Part shown: positions 47,579 to 56,165 of the stretch, one piece after another | Layout: each line of letters opens with the position of its first letter | Numbering within the stretch: the first letter of the stretch is position 1 | Source: Oleiphilaceae bacterium | Lineage (GTDB): Bacteria > Pseudomonadota > Gammaproteobacteria > Pseudomonadales > Oleiphilaceae | Direction of reading: 5' to 3' | Length of the DNA: 64,000 nt | NCBI GenBank assembly: GCA_965230795.1 | Contig: OZ246020.1 | Span: 1,554,585-1,618,584, forward strand | Position numbers and translations under genes: made by a program | Notes under the pieces: generated by a model | Told to the model about the DNA's origin: nothing | The model's database searches: none | What the model saw: only the letters and a program-made list of their open reading frames with translations

Positions 47579-48082
47579 CTAAAACCGATAACTCATTGCC
47601 ACCTGGATACCATCTTCTTTAGGAGCGACTCTGACTTTTTTAGAGTTGATCTTTTTCCCTGTAATCTTTTCGATCGCCCATGAAGTTATAGCCATTCCAT
47701 GCCAATAGACCATGTTCTTTTGGAAACGCTCACGTTTGGAGTATTTAGGCTTCTTGAGCTCCCAGGCATTGTATTGGGCCATACTTAAAAACGATGTTCC
47801 CATTATTATGCTCTGTGTTTCGTTCTCGCCCGCGGCAAAGGCGAGAGGAGAGAGTAGGGTGCATACCCAACCGTAACCCTCTGGATGAGAGGCTGCCGAG
47901 GCAGCGTTGGCGGCTATGATCCCCTCCATTAGCGTGAACCCCAGTATGGCTTGTGGCAGGGAGAGTTCTTGCTTTTCTTGTCCGTTCGCCCAAGACGATG
48001 AACCAAAGAAAATCACCACAATAAGAAAAATATGTTTCATACAGACCTCATGAGAGTGTGAGACCCGGTGTTGCGGCCTCAC
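47579..48082 (-). CDS. hypothetical secreted protein
   Basis: Signal peptide (IFLIVVIFFGSSSWANG); 167 aa. Confidence 0.4.
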   Translation of the reverse strand: MRPQHRVSHSHEVCMKHIFLIVVIFFGSSSWANGQEKQELSLPQAILGFTLMEGIIAANAASAASHPEGYGWVCTLLSPLAFAAGENETQSIIMGTSFLSMAQYNAWELKKPKYSKRERFQKNMVYWHGMAITSWAIEKITGKKINSKKVRVAPKEDGIQVAMSYRF

Positions 48083-48094
48083 AATTAGATGTTT

Positions 48095-48790
48095 TCAAGA
48101 AGGGAGACGGGATTTGTGCTTCAGCCGCTCAAGGACAGCTTGTGCATCATGTTTTCCAGAGCGTATACCGGCCGATTTGACGCGTTGGTCCAAATCTTCT
48201 CCTTCGAGAGATTGGTCCACAGCGAGTAGCGCGTTGTTCAATGTTTGGTTTCGATGCTGTCGCTCTTGAATCGAACGAAGAGATTCATTGAGTTCAGTCA
48301 AAGCGCCATTTAAGCCCACCTGGCTTTTGCCATAGTTAAAACCAGATAATCGTTGCATCTCATTTGCCTTCAAAAGAACAAGATGTTGCTGATGGTTCCG
48401 GGTGACTCTGACCGCGTTCTTCAGATCTTTCTCTGTCCGATCTTCTAGAGCGTGAAGCTGCGAAAGTCGGTTTCTCATACTGCCAAGCGCGTCTTCGTCT
48501 TCAGCGATTTGCTCTGCCAAGGCATGGGCGAGCTCTGTGTCTTTCTCCAGCGCTTCCAGAGTTTGGGATTCGCGTCTTACGATTTCTGCCTCCTTTTCCT
48601 CTATTGAATCTTGTACGAGCGATATATCCGCTTTAATAGATGCCAGGTAATGTTTGCTCTGTTTGATCAGCGCTAAGGTCTCCCGTATTTCCTGCTCGAA
48701 GATCGGTATATCATTTCGGTTAATGAGCTCACGGACGGGCTCTTCCACTTTAGTTCGCATTAACAGTCTGAGTTTTGAATAGGTCGTCAT
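48095..48790 (-). CDS. PspA/IM30-family protein (second paralog, island-borne)
   Basis: 231-aa helical protein. The N-terminus (MTTYSKLRLLMRTKVEEPVRELINRNDIPIFEQEIRETLALIKQ) and overall heptad pattern match PspA/LiaH. Confidence 0.7.
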   Translation of the reverse strand: MTTYSKLRLLMRTKVEEPVRELINRNDIPIFEQEIRETLALIKQSKHYLASIKADISLVQDSIEEKEAEIVRRESQTLEALEKDTELAHALAEQIAEDEDALGSMRNRLSQLHALEDRTEKDLKNAVRVTRNHQQHLVLLKANEMQRLSGFNYGKSQVGLNGALTELNESLRSIQERQHRNQTLNNALLAVDQSLEGEDLDQRVKSAGIRSGKHDAQAVLERLKHKSRLPS

Positions 48791-48793
48791 GGT

Positions 48794-49063
48794 TTACTCC
48801 GAATACTCTTTCATTAGTTGTTGGGCTTTAGCATCTGAGATGCGGTTAATGAGTCTCTCGCTCTCGTGCTGATCACGCATGGTCTTTGATAGGGTGATTG
48901 TGCTGCTGACAAGGAACAGTGCACACAAGGAAAAATAGGCCTTGACGATAAAGTCGATCGGGCTCAGAACTATACCGCCCAGCATCGCGCATAAAGCGAT
49001 AGCGAAAGATGCTTTGACGAAGAACAGCCATCCGGCTGAATTGCTTTGGATTTGTTCGTTCAT
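48794..49063 (-). CDS. YiaA/YiaB-like two-helix membrane protein
   Basis: MNEQIQSNSAGWLFFVKASFAIALCAMLGGIVLSPIDFIVKAYFSLCALFLVSSTITLSKTMRDQHE has two TM helices with the YiaAB-type pattern. It lies 4 nt downstream of pspA-like. The start was chosen at the internal MNEQ. Confidence 0.5.
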   Translation of the reverse strand: MNEQIQSNSAGWLFFVKASFAIALCAMLGGIVLSPIDFIVKAYFSLCALFLVSSTITLSKTMRDQHESERLINRISDAKAQQLMKEYSE

Positions 49064-49197
49064 GGTTGTGTTGTCTCCTCTAATTGACAGGTTTAAGGTA
49101 TTTATATGCAGGACGTAATCCAACAAAAAGGAAAAATGGAGCGCTAGAAGCTACAATAGGTATTGAAATACGATACCTATGAGGCGATGAAGACAAT

Positions 49198-49947
49198 ATG
49201 GCGCAAACGACGACGATGCTCCGGGCATTAAAGCGTCTTCTTAAGCGACACGGCTACCGGTATTCAGATGTAGCGAATACGCTCAAAATCAGTGAATCAC
49301 GCGTGAAATACCTTTTTTCTCAGGAAGACTTTTCACTTAGACGCATAGACGCGATCTGTCAGATGATGGGGATAGAAATGAGTGATGTATTTGCCGAGAT
49401 GAGAGAGTCGGAACAGATCAAGTCACTCACTATGGAACAAGAAAGAGAACTAGTTTCAGACACGTCCCTATTGCTTGTGGCGAATAGTGTCCTGAATCTA
49501 TGGAGCTTCGAAGACATTGTTGGCACCTACAATTTTGAAGAAGCAGAGTTGATTCAGCATCTAGCGAAACTAGACCGTCTTAAGCTGATTCATTTGTTGC
49601 CAAAGAATCGAATCAAGCTACTTGTGGGACGCAATTTTAGTTGGATAAAGAATGGACCTATCAATCAGTTCTTTGAGGAGCAAGTGAGAAAAGAGTTCTT
49701 TGATTCGCGTTTCAACGGGCCGGGAGAGAAACGCATGTTTTTGGTAGGGATGCTTTCCAGAGAATCGAATGCCATTTTTCAGAGGAAATTGAACAACCTC
49801 TCTGATGAATTTCATTCGTTGCACTATGAGGATGAAAAGCTACCCGTATCCGAACGTTTTGGAACCAGTGTTGTTGTGGGTATGAGGCTATGGGAGCCTG
49901 CGGAATTTGAAGCGCGAAGGAAAAATAAAGATGTTCGTGAATTCTGA
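49198..49947 (+). CDS. HTH (XRE/Cro-like) domain transcriptional regulator
   Basis: N-terminal HTH (LKRHGYRYSDVANTLKISESRVKYLFSQEDFSLRRIDAICQMMGI) plus a 170-aa C-terminal domain. Divergent from the pspA-like operon. Confidence 0.5.
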   Translation: MAQTTTMLRALKRLLKRHGYRYSDVANTLKISESRVKYLFSQEDFSLRRIDAICQMMGIEMSDVFAEMRESEQIKSLTMEQERELVSDTSLLLVANSVLNLWSFEDIVGTYNFEEAELIQHLAKLDRLKLIHLLPKNRIKLLVGRNFSWIKNGPINQFFEEQVRKEFFDSRFNGPGEKRMFLVGMLSRESNAIFQRKLNNLSDEFHSLHYEDEKLPVSERFGTSVVVGMRLWEPAEFEARRKNKDVREF

Positions 49948-50153
49948 CTCAATAGTTGCGCAAGATCTGTTGGTACATGTCGTGACTATAAATTTGTAGA
50001 AGCTTTTTTAGTCAGCAGTTGAAAGACTTTGAGCGAGTAATTTGACCGTTTGGTTTTTCCATTTTGAACTCCGACACAAGAGCGAAAACGCGAAAGTGCT
50101 AATCTTCTTCATGATATTTTTGTCGGAAAACTGAAGCGGGAGTTTAGCAAAAC

Positions 50154-50915
50154 GTGAACAAGGGAATCGCAAATCTGATAAGGATCATTGTTTTTTTGGT
50201 GTTTGCCTGGGGATCAACGTTGGCCTATGCGTCAAGCGAAAAGGGTGCAGACTCTGAGACGGAAACCGATCGAGCTGAAGCATTGGCTAACAAAAAAGCC
50301 TCGCTGGAAAAGCAGTACGGAGCGCACGCAAATAAGGTTTCCAAAGAGTTTGTTTTGGAGCGTGATCAGGAGGGCATGAAAGGTTATTGCCGAACGAACA
50401 CGAAGTCTGGCTTTAAATACTGCAAAATTGAGGCATTGTTGGAGACAACGGTAGACGAATTGATGGGCATCAACACCGATCCTGAAGGCCTTAAGGAATG
50501 GATGACTACCGTGGCGTATTCTAATCAGATCGAGAGGCTGAGCGATACCAACTATGTGAATCATCTCCGCTATGATGTTCCATGGCCATTCCAAGACAGA
50601 GAGTCGGCGACCCGTTCCATTATCAAAGGATTCGGTAATGGAGGAAAAAGAATCGAATTCAAAACAGTCAAAAATGCCATCGATGTTTTGCCGAATAACG
50701 TGGAAATGGAGTTGGTCATCGGCTACTGGCAGTTTGAGCCAGTAGATCAAGGAGTGGTCAATGTTGAATATGCAACAATGGTAAATCCTGGGGGAAATCT
50801 AGAACCGATTTTCTACAATCTCGAGGCATTGAATATTGCCTGGGAGACCATGAAAGGGTTGAAGCGAGTGATTGACAGCGGAAAGTATAAGAATCAGAGA
50901 TTGGTTCGAAAGTAA
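50154..50915 (+). CDS. exported START/SRPBCC-like lipid-binding domain protein
   Basis: Signal peptide, then about 200 aa with a START-like pattern (YCRTNTKSGFKYCKIEALLETTVDELMGINTDPEGLKEWMTT...RYDVPWPFQDRESATRS). GTG start. Confidence 0.4.
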   Translation: MNKGIANLIRIIVFLVFAWGSTLAYASSEKGADSETETDRAEALANKKASLEKQYGAHANKVSKEFVLERDQEGMKGYCRTNTKSGFKYCKIEALLETTVDELMGINTDPEGLKEWMTTVAYSNQIERLSDTNYVNHLRYDVPWPFQDRESATRSIIKGFGNGGKRIEFKTVKNAIDVLPNNVEMELVIGYWQFEPVDQGVVNVEYATMVNPGGNLEPIFYNLEALNIAWETMKGLKRVIDSGKYKNQRLVRK

Positions 50916-51018
50916 TTTGTTTTTTGAACGTTTGTAATGACCTAGAGAACATACACACAACCGTATAGCACATTCAATAGTTTTACTCTGCACGCATTGC
51001 AGTTGAGGCTTCCATTAA

Positions 51019-51603
51019 TTAAAGATCTTCGATATTTTTTCTTAACTCAATCAGCTGATCAAATAGTTCCTCTCTGAGACATAGAGCTTTTGACTTTAGA
51101 TCTTGCAATTCTTTTGTGTTCTCAAGGTCAACCGGATTAATCGGCGCGAGGGCTTTCCGAATGTGTTCAAATTTGTCAATGACGGGAGGTGAAAAATAGA
51201 CTCTTACATACGCACCATATTTGCTAATACCAGCACTTAAAGCACGGGCGTCGGCCGCCAGCTTTTGAATTTGCGATTCCGAGCGGTCAGGCGAATTCTT
51301 GATTAGAATAATTTTCTCACAATGATCTATAAACTGGGAAATTGTGGCGATTAGTTCAGAGGAAGATTCGATTTTTTTGTCAAAATATTTACTGCTTTGT
51401 TCGCTCTCAAATTTGAGTTGCCAATATTGGTAGTTTAAAACACCTAGTACCATCCCCGTGAATAGAACTAGGATTGATTTTTCGATCAACATTTTGCCGA
51501 TTTCGTAAAATCTTTCATCTGATTCGGAAAGCAGATCCGCAAACCTGTAAATTTGCGTTTTTATTCTAGAAAATTGAGCGTTTACCCTGTCAAATAGTGT
51601 CAT
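51019..51603 (-). CDS. hypothetical protein
   Basis: 194-aa ORF with one TM helix; no recognisable motif. Confidence 0.35.
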   Translation of the reverse strand: MTLFDRVNAQFSRIKTQIYRFADLLSESDERFYEIGKMLIEKSILVLFTGMVLGVLNYQYWQLKFESEQSSKYFDKKIESSSELIATISQFIDHCEKIILIKNSPDRSESQIQKLAADARALSAGISKYGAYVRVYFSPPVIDKFEHIRKALAPINPVDLENTKELQDLKSKALCLREELFDQLIELRKNIEDL

Positions 51604-51773
51604 ACTGGTTTCTCAATTCTGTTTTGTTTGACCATCAAAAAATGATGACATTAGTGTTTTTCATTTAATCCAGTTATCCAAGAATATACAGATATACCGT
51701 GACCTCCCCCCGAAAAATAGAACCATGACATGGATGAGATTTCCGGTTACTTTAGCCAAAAGGAAATCTCAAT

Positions 51774-52040
51774 ATGAAGAAAAAGCGTTACACAGAAGAA
51801 CAGATCATTGGTGCGATCAAAGAGCATGAGTCGGGCGTAAAAGTTGACGACATATGCCGCCGTATGAATATCTCCACGGGCACGTTTTACAACTGGCGGT
51901 CCAAGTATGCCGGCCTGGAAGTGAACGAAGCCAAGCGATTAAAAGAGCTGGAAACGGAGAATAACAAGCTCAAGAAACTGCTCGCGGAGAAGCTCTTAGA
52001 GAACGAGGCCATGAAAGATGTGCTCTCAAAAAAGTGGTAA
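51774..52040 (+). CDS. IS3-family transposase OrfA (HTH, leucine zipper)
   Basis: MKKKRYTEEQIIGAIKEHESGVKV...FYNWRSKYAGLEVNEAKRLKELETENNKLKKLLAEK. Confidence 0.85.
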   Translation: MKKKRYTEEQIIGAIKEHESGVKVDDICRRMNISTGTFYNWRSKYAGLEVNEAKRLKELETENNKLKKLLAEKLLENEAMKDVLSKKW

Positions 52041-52852
52041 AGCCTGCGAGCCGTAAAGGCATTGCGACTCATCTGGTCTCGGTACATCGACTGAGCGAGC
52101 GGCGCGCTTGTTGGCTTGCGAGTATTAGCCGAACAGCCTATCGCTATAACCCGATACCGCGGACGGATCAAGCGCTCAGAGCACGTTTGATTGAGCTTGC
52201 AGGCAAACATCAGGGACTCGGTTATGAGATGCTGCATGGCATGCTCAGGAACGAAGGACTCGTCATCAACGAGAAGCGCACCTATCGGCTTTACAAGGAG
52301 GAAAACCTTCAGCTACGTATCCGCAAGAGAAAGAAGCTGAAACGACCACGACAGCCTATCATGGTTCCGATTTACCCTAATGTCCGCTGGTCGATGGATT
52401 TTGTTTCAGACCAGCTTAGCAACGGGCGAAGGTTTCGCGTGCTGAATGTAAAAGACGATTATTCAAAGGAACTCATTGGTCAGCTGACAGCGTACTCGAT
52501 TTCTGGCCAGCAGGTTGCCAGGTTCCTTGATCAGCTCATCGACCAACGTGCAGCACCGGACCAAATCACGTGTGATAACGGGACCGAGTTTACCTGCAAG
52601 GCGATGTTCTTCTGGCAGAAAGAATCAGGGGTAAAGCTGGCATTTATCCAGCCAGGAAAGCCAACACAAAATGCGTTTGTAGAAAGCTTGAACGGAAAAT
52701 TTAGAAACGAGTGTCTCAACAGGCATTGGTTTCGGAGCTTGGACGAAGCGAAAGAAATCATCGATGAGTGGCGACACCATTACAACCATGAGCGACCACA
52801 TAGCGCTCTAAATTTTATGCCTCCGGCAGTGTTTGCAGCGAGGGCAGCATGA
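52034..52852 (+). CDS. IS3-family transposase OrfB (DDE integrase core), expressed by -1 frameshift from orfA
   Basis: rve domain (WSMDFVSDQL...ITCDNGTEFTC...YNHERPHSAL). In the -1 frame relative to orfA, downstream of AAAAAAG. Confidence 0.85.
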   Translation: MVKPASRKGIATHLVSVHRLSERRACWLASISRTAYRYNPIPRTDQALRARLIELAGKHQGLGYEMLHGMLRNEGLVINEKRTYRLYKEENLQLRIRKRKKLKRPRQPIMVPIYPNVRWSMDFVSDQLSNGRRFRVLNVKDDYSKELIGQLTAYSISGQQVARFLDQLIDQRAAPDQITCDNGTEFTCKAMFFWQKESGVKLAFIQPGKPTQNAFVESLNGKFRNECLNRHWFRSLDEAKEIIDEWRHHYNHERPHSALNFMPPAVFAARAA

Positions 52853-52930
52853 TGGAAATTTCATCCAAAGCGTGGTTCTAAACAGGGGTGGAGGTCAAGT
52901 GGTGCCCAAGTAAAGCGGGAAGTCGAAATA

Positions 52931-53292
52931 TGAAGCATTCTAATTTAGCTCCCAGAATACTTCGGGTTCGCGATGCCAGAAATTACTGTGGGATGTGCGA
53001 GCGATTGTTTAATCGGCTAATTAGGCCCTATCTCACTGAAATTGTGATCGGAATTCAGGGCGTTGGTTTTGATCGTATTGAATTGGATTGCGTACTGGAG
53101 GATTATATTCAGCGGTACGGTCGCCCTCCTAAAGCGAGACTTGAGGAGAACGACAAATGCAGAAAAGAAAACAAGCAATTGCTGGCCTATACAAAAGGAA
53201 AGGTGTCTGGCACATCGACAAAACGATTGGTGGAGTCAGAATTTGCGAAAGCGCTAGAACGAGTAAAAAGGAAGAGGCCGAACGTTTCTTAG
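52931..53292 (+). CDS. putative AlpA/excisionase-like small DNA-binding protein (overlaps integrase start; extent uncertain)
   Basis: LRVRDARNYCGMCERLFNRLIRPYLTEIVIGIQGVGFDRIELDCVLEDYI resembles AlpA/Xis-type HTH proteins and sits immediately upstream of int. The 3' 135 nt overlap int in another frame. Confidence 0.35.
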
Positions 53293-54281
53293 CAAAACGG
53301 ATGGAAGAGCATCGTCTGGCAAGCGTTTATGGTGTGCGTCCCAAGCGGGTGTTCAGGCAGGCTGCGACATACTATTTGAATGAGCATGCTCACAAGAAGA
53401 GTATTGATCGTGATGCCCAAGACTTGAAGTTGCTTGATCCTTGGATAGGTGAACTTGAACTTCCGAAAATCCATGATGGAACGCTTAAAGCATTCATCGA
53501 CGAAAGGAAAAAGCAGGGAGTAAAGTCTCTTACCGTTAGGCGAAGTCTAGCCGTGGTTCGAAGGATACTAAACCTAGCTGCGATGAAGTGGAGAGACGAA
53601 TACGGTTTGACTTGGTTGGAAGCTCCGCCGATGCTGACTTTTCCTGATTGGGGGGATAGGAGAGAGCCTCACCCGATCACATGGGAAGAGCAAACATTAT
53701 TCTTCGAAGCTCTGCCAGAGCATCTTCGTGAGATGTGTTTGTATAAGGTGAACACTGGCTGCAGGGAGCAAGAAGTGTGTCAGCTTCGTTGGGATTGGGA
53801 GTTTGAGATTCCAGAGTTAAACACATCTGTGTTCGTGCTTCCGGGCTCGTTAACTAAGAATAACAAGGAGCGTGTTGTGGTTCTTAACTCGGTCGCTCGG
53901 GCCGTCATTAATCGACAGCGAGGTAAACATCCGGACCGGGTGTTTACCTATAAGGGAAGGCCCACCAATTCCATGAAGAATTCAAGTTGGAAACGAATTC
54001 GGAGTGAGCTGGGTTTGGAGGCGGTGAGATTACACGATCTTCGCCATACGGCAGGTCGCCGGTTAAGGGCGGCAGGGGTTTCTCTGGAGACCCGTAAAGA
54101 TATATTGGGACATGAGGGTGGCAATATCACCACGCACTATTCGATGCCTGAAATTCAGGAGTTGATTGATGCGGTGGAGAAGATTGCATTTGAGCCAAAG
54201 CACTCAACGCCATCCCTTCGAGTAATTCGTATCGGGGGAATGTCCCGCAAAACTCCCGCAAGGGAAATAAAAAAGGCCTAG
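53157..54281 (+). CDS. int: tyrosine site-specific integrase (phage/P4-type)
   Basis: N-terminal arm-binding-like GLYKRKGVWHID. Catalytic region (HDLRHTAGRRLRAAGVSLETRKDILGHEGGNITTHYS) with the R...HxxR...Y arrangement. Its 3' end lies 27 bp from the tRNA-Met att repeat. Confidence 0.9.
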   Translation: MQKRKQAIAGLYKRKGVWHIDKTIGGVRICESARTSKKEEAERFLAKRMEEHRLASVYGVRPKRVFRQAATYYLNEHAHKKSIDRDAQDLKLLDPWIGELELPKIHDGTLKAFIDERKKQGVKSLTVRRSLAVVRRILNLAAMKWRDEYGLTWLEAPPMLTFPDWGDRREPHPITWEEQTLFFEALPEHLREMCLYKVNTGCREQEVCQLRWDWEFEIPELNTSVFVLPGSLTKNNKERVVVLNSVARAVINRQRGKHPDRVFTYKGRPTNSMKNSSWKRIRSELGLEAVRLHDLRHTAGRRLRAAGVSLETRKDILGHEGGNITTHYSMPEIQELIDAVEKIAFEPKHSTPSLRVIRIGGMSRKTPAREIKKA

Positions 54282-54308
54282 CCGAATGGGCTAAGCCTTT
54301 GAATCTCG

Positions 54309-54354
54309 TGGTAGCAAGGGGCGGATTCGAACCGCCGACCCCAGCATTATGAGT
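54309..54354 (-). repeat. att repeat copy C: 46-nt tRNA-Met(CAU) 3' fragment identical to 47206-47251
   Basis: Exact 46-nt identity with copy B; flanks differ on both sides; adjacent to the int 3' end. Confidence 0.7.
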
Positions 54355-54548
54355 AACACGGGTCTACGTAAGTAGTTGATTTATATAAAGCGGGATGCCG
54401 CGAACCATACCAACTATCAACAACTAACGATAACCGCACATAACAAAATCACGCAGAATTAACGCAAGAGGTTTTAGCGCGAAGCATCGTTACAGGCGAA
54501 TGCAGTGCCGCGGAATGAGTTAAGCATCAGAGCCATGTTAGGTTTTAT

Positions 54549-55022
54549 TTAAGTCGCCCAGAAAATTTCTTGTAGATCTATATCTAAATCCGCATCCCTC
54601 GGTCGATCATTTACTGTTCCAGTAAATATAATCTTAGAGCCTACTTTCAGTTGATGAAGCAGTTTTAAGACCTGAGGCTCTTTGACATGTAAATCTATAA
54701 CCGTGTCGTCGGATATGACCTTTATTTTGTGATCAGACAAAGGGCTCTGTTCTTCGTATATAGCAGCCTTCCATGTAACGTTTTTTCCATTAAATTTTGC
54801 TGGTTCTCTGACGTTCTTTCTAATCAACTCAGGACTTAGCTCACTAAACTTAACTTGGCTAATATCCTTCAAGAGAATATGTTCTCCTATAACAAAGTGA
54901 CGAATTTCAGATATAGACGAAATCAAGCTTCCAGTACCAATGATAATGCCTGCAATCAATGCCACGGCCGCGATCGGTTTTATATTTAGCAACCGATTTA
55001 CCATCTGTTCCTTTTTATCCAT
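54549..55022 (-). CDS. hypothetical membrane-anchored protein
   Basis: N-terminal TM (IAAVALIAGIIIGTGSLIS), 157 aa. Confidence 0.4.
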   Translation of the reverse strand: MDKKEQMVNRLLNIKPIAAVALIAGIIIGTGSLISSISEIRHFVIGEHILLKDISQVKFSELSPELIRKNVREPAKFNGKNVTWKAAIYEEQSPLSDHKIKVISDDTVIDLHVKEPQVLKLLHQLKVGSKIIFTGTVNDRPRDADLDIDLQEIFWAT

Positions 55023-55137
55023 AAGTAAAATCCCTCTTAGTCTGTTATCGAAACCAATAACTCCTAGCTTATAGGAGCATCATAAAAAGCCCGGAGCGTA
55101 GGCGATTCCTGTGCAGCCAATTGTTAGATTGCATATC

Positions 55138-55255
55138 TGACCTCCATCCCGGTTTAGAACCACGCTTTGGATGAAATTTCCATCAAGCTGCCTTGGCTGC
55201 GAACACAGCCGGAGGCAAAAAATTAGAGAGCTGTGCGGACCCGCATGCAGGGTGT
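55138..55255 (-). mobile_element. remnant of the right end (about 118 bp) of an IS3-family element related to the IS at 51700-52897
   Basis: TGACCTCCATCCCGGTTTAGAACCACGCTTTGGATGAAATTTCCATCAAGCTGCC...CCGGAGGCAAAAAATTAGAG is about 85% identical to the reverse complement of 52780-52897 (IRR plus the orfB 3' end), truncated. Confidence 0.6.
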
Positions 55256-55292
55256 TGTGGGGACCGGGGGCTAGATACCCCCGGTTACCCGA

Positions 55293-56162
55293 TTAACACG
55301 GCAGCAGAGCCGCCAAACCGGAAAGGAATGGCGTGAAAACAGTAATGTGTGAAGATATATTTTGCATGAAGTCCTTGTATACTTCCGAAAAATTACCATT
55401 CTCATGCGCAACTGCCAACGCCTGCGTATTATCTATAAGCTTTTGCGAATCTTCATCTCGAAGCCCAGCAGATTTAATAGCCTGGATCATTTCACTGAAA
55501 ATTTCAGGTTCATTGTAAGACTGACTAACTGTAGCAGTAGCATTATCTGAATTGATATTAATGCTTGATCCTGAGACCCCTGATACGTTGATCGTTTGCT
55601 GTTTATCACCCATGATTTCGATTCCATTTTCTAGTTTGTATAGATTGCTAGACTTGAGTAAGTTTAATGTAACTCTTATTGCCGCCAGAACTTTCTCTTG
55701 CTTTTTAAAAAGATGATACATTTGGTCGACAGACCAAAGCCTAACGTCATTCTTTTTACAAACTTCTACGGCTATGTCAGGTATTTGTTCATCGTAATTG
55801 CCAAATACCCAAGTACCATCAAATCCTTCAACTACAGAAGTCAACGTGGGGAACCTGCTGAAGTCATAGTTTATTTCAGCCAATGTTCCTTCCATATAGA
55901 TAGCCATATCACGCCCTGTACTATATAGGGCTTCAACTTTGTATCTTTCCGTATGCGGAACTCTAGATATAAATCTGAAATCTTCCTGATTCTTGAGGTG
56001 ACTCCAGAACTTGTTGTGCTCTGAAAACTCCTTAGAAAACGACAGCAATCTGGCTATATATGAAGACACTTCTTCAAAGTCTTTTCTGATTTCCAATTCA
56101 TGCCTCAAATTTCGTATTAGTGTTAACAGTGTGTTTAACGGACCCTTCGGTCCGCTAAACAC
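55293..56162 (-). CDS. hypothetical protein (start uncertain; N-terminal codons overlap a palindromic repeat)
   Basis: 289-aa ORF with no recognisable motif. The first ~12 codons are encoded by the 42-bp repeat element, so the true start is probably downstream. Confidence 0.35.
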   Translation of the reverse strand: MFSGPKGPLNTLLTLIRNLRHELEIRKDFEEVSSYIARLLSFSKEFSEHNKFWSHLKNQEDFRFISRVPHTERYKVEALYSTGRDMAIYMEGTLAEINYDFSRFPTLTSVVEGFDGTWVFGNYDEQIPDIAVEVCKKNDVRLWSVDQMYHLFKKQEKVLAAIRVTLNLLKSSNLYKLENGIEIMGDKQQTINVSGVSGSSININSDNATATVSQSYNEPEIFSEMIQAIKSAGLRDEDSQKLIDNTQALAVAHENGNFSEVYKDFMQNISSHITVFTPFLSGLAALLPC

Positions 56163-56165
56163 TTT
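56124..56165. repeat. 42-bp palindromic repeat element, copy 1 (14-bp stem, CTTC loop)
   Basis: TAACAGTGTGTTTAACGGACCCTTCGGTCCGCTAAACACTTT is identical to 58262-58303. The stem GTGTTTAACGGACC/GGTCCGCTAAACAC has one mismatch and is followed here by a T5 run. Confidence 0.6.

Larger units (their letters stand above)
51700..52897 (+). mobile_element. IS3-family insertion sequence (about 1.2 kb) with imperfect ~44-bp terminal inverted repeats TGACCTCC...GGAGGTCA
   Basis: Left end TGACCTCCCCCCGAAAAATAGAACCATGACATGGATGAGATTTCC versus the reverse complement of the right end TGACCTCCACCCCTGTTTAGAACCACGCTTTGGATGAAATTTCC. Contains orfA/orfB with the slippery site A AAA AAG at 52027-52033. Confidence 0.85.

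Noticed and set aside
52888-52930. 5' extension of the AlpA-like ORF into the IS right inverted repeat
   Set aside because: The extension is encoded by IS terminal repeat sequence. A plausible ATG (MKHSN) lies just outside the IS.
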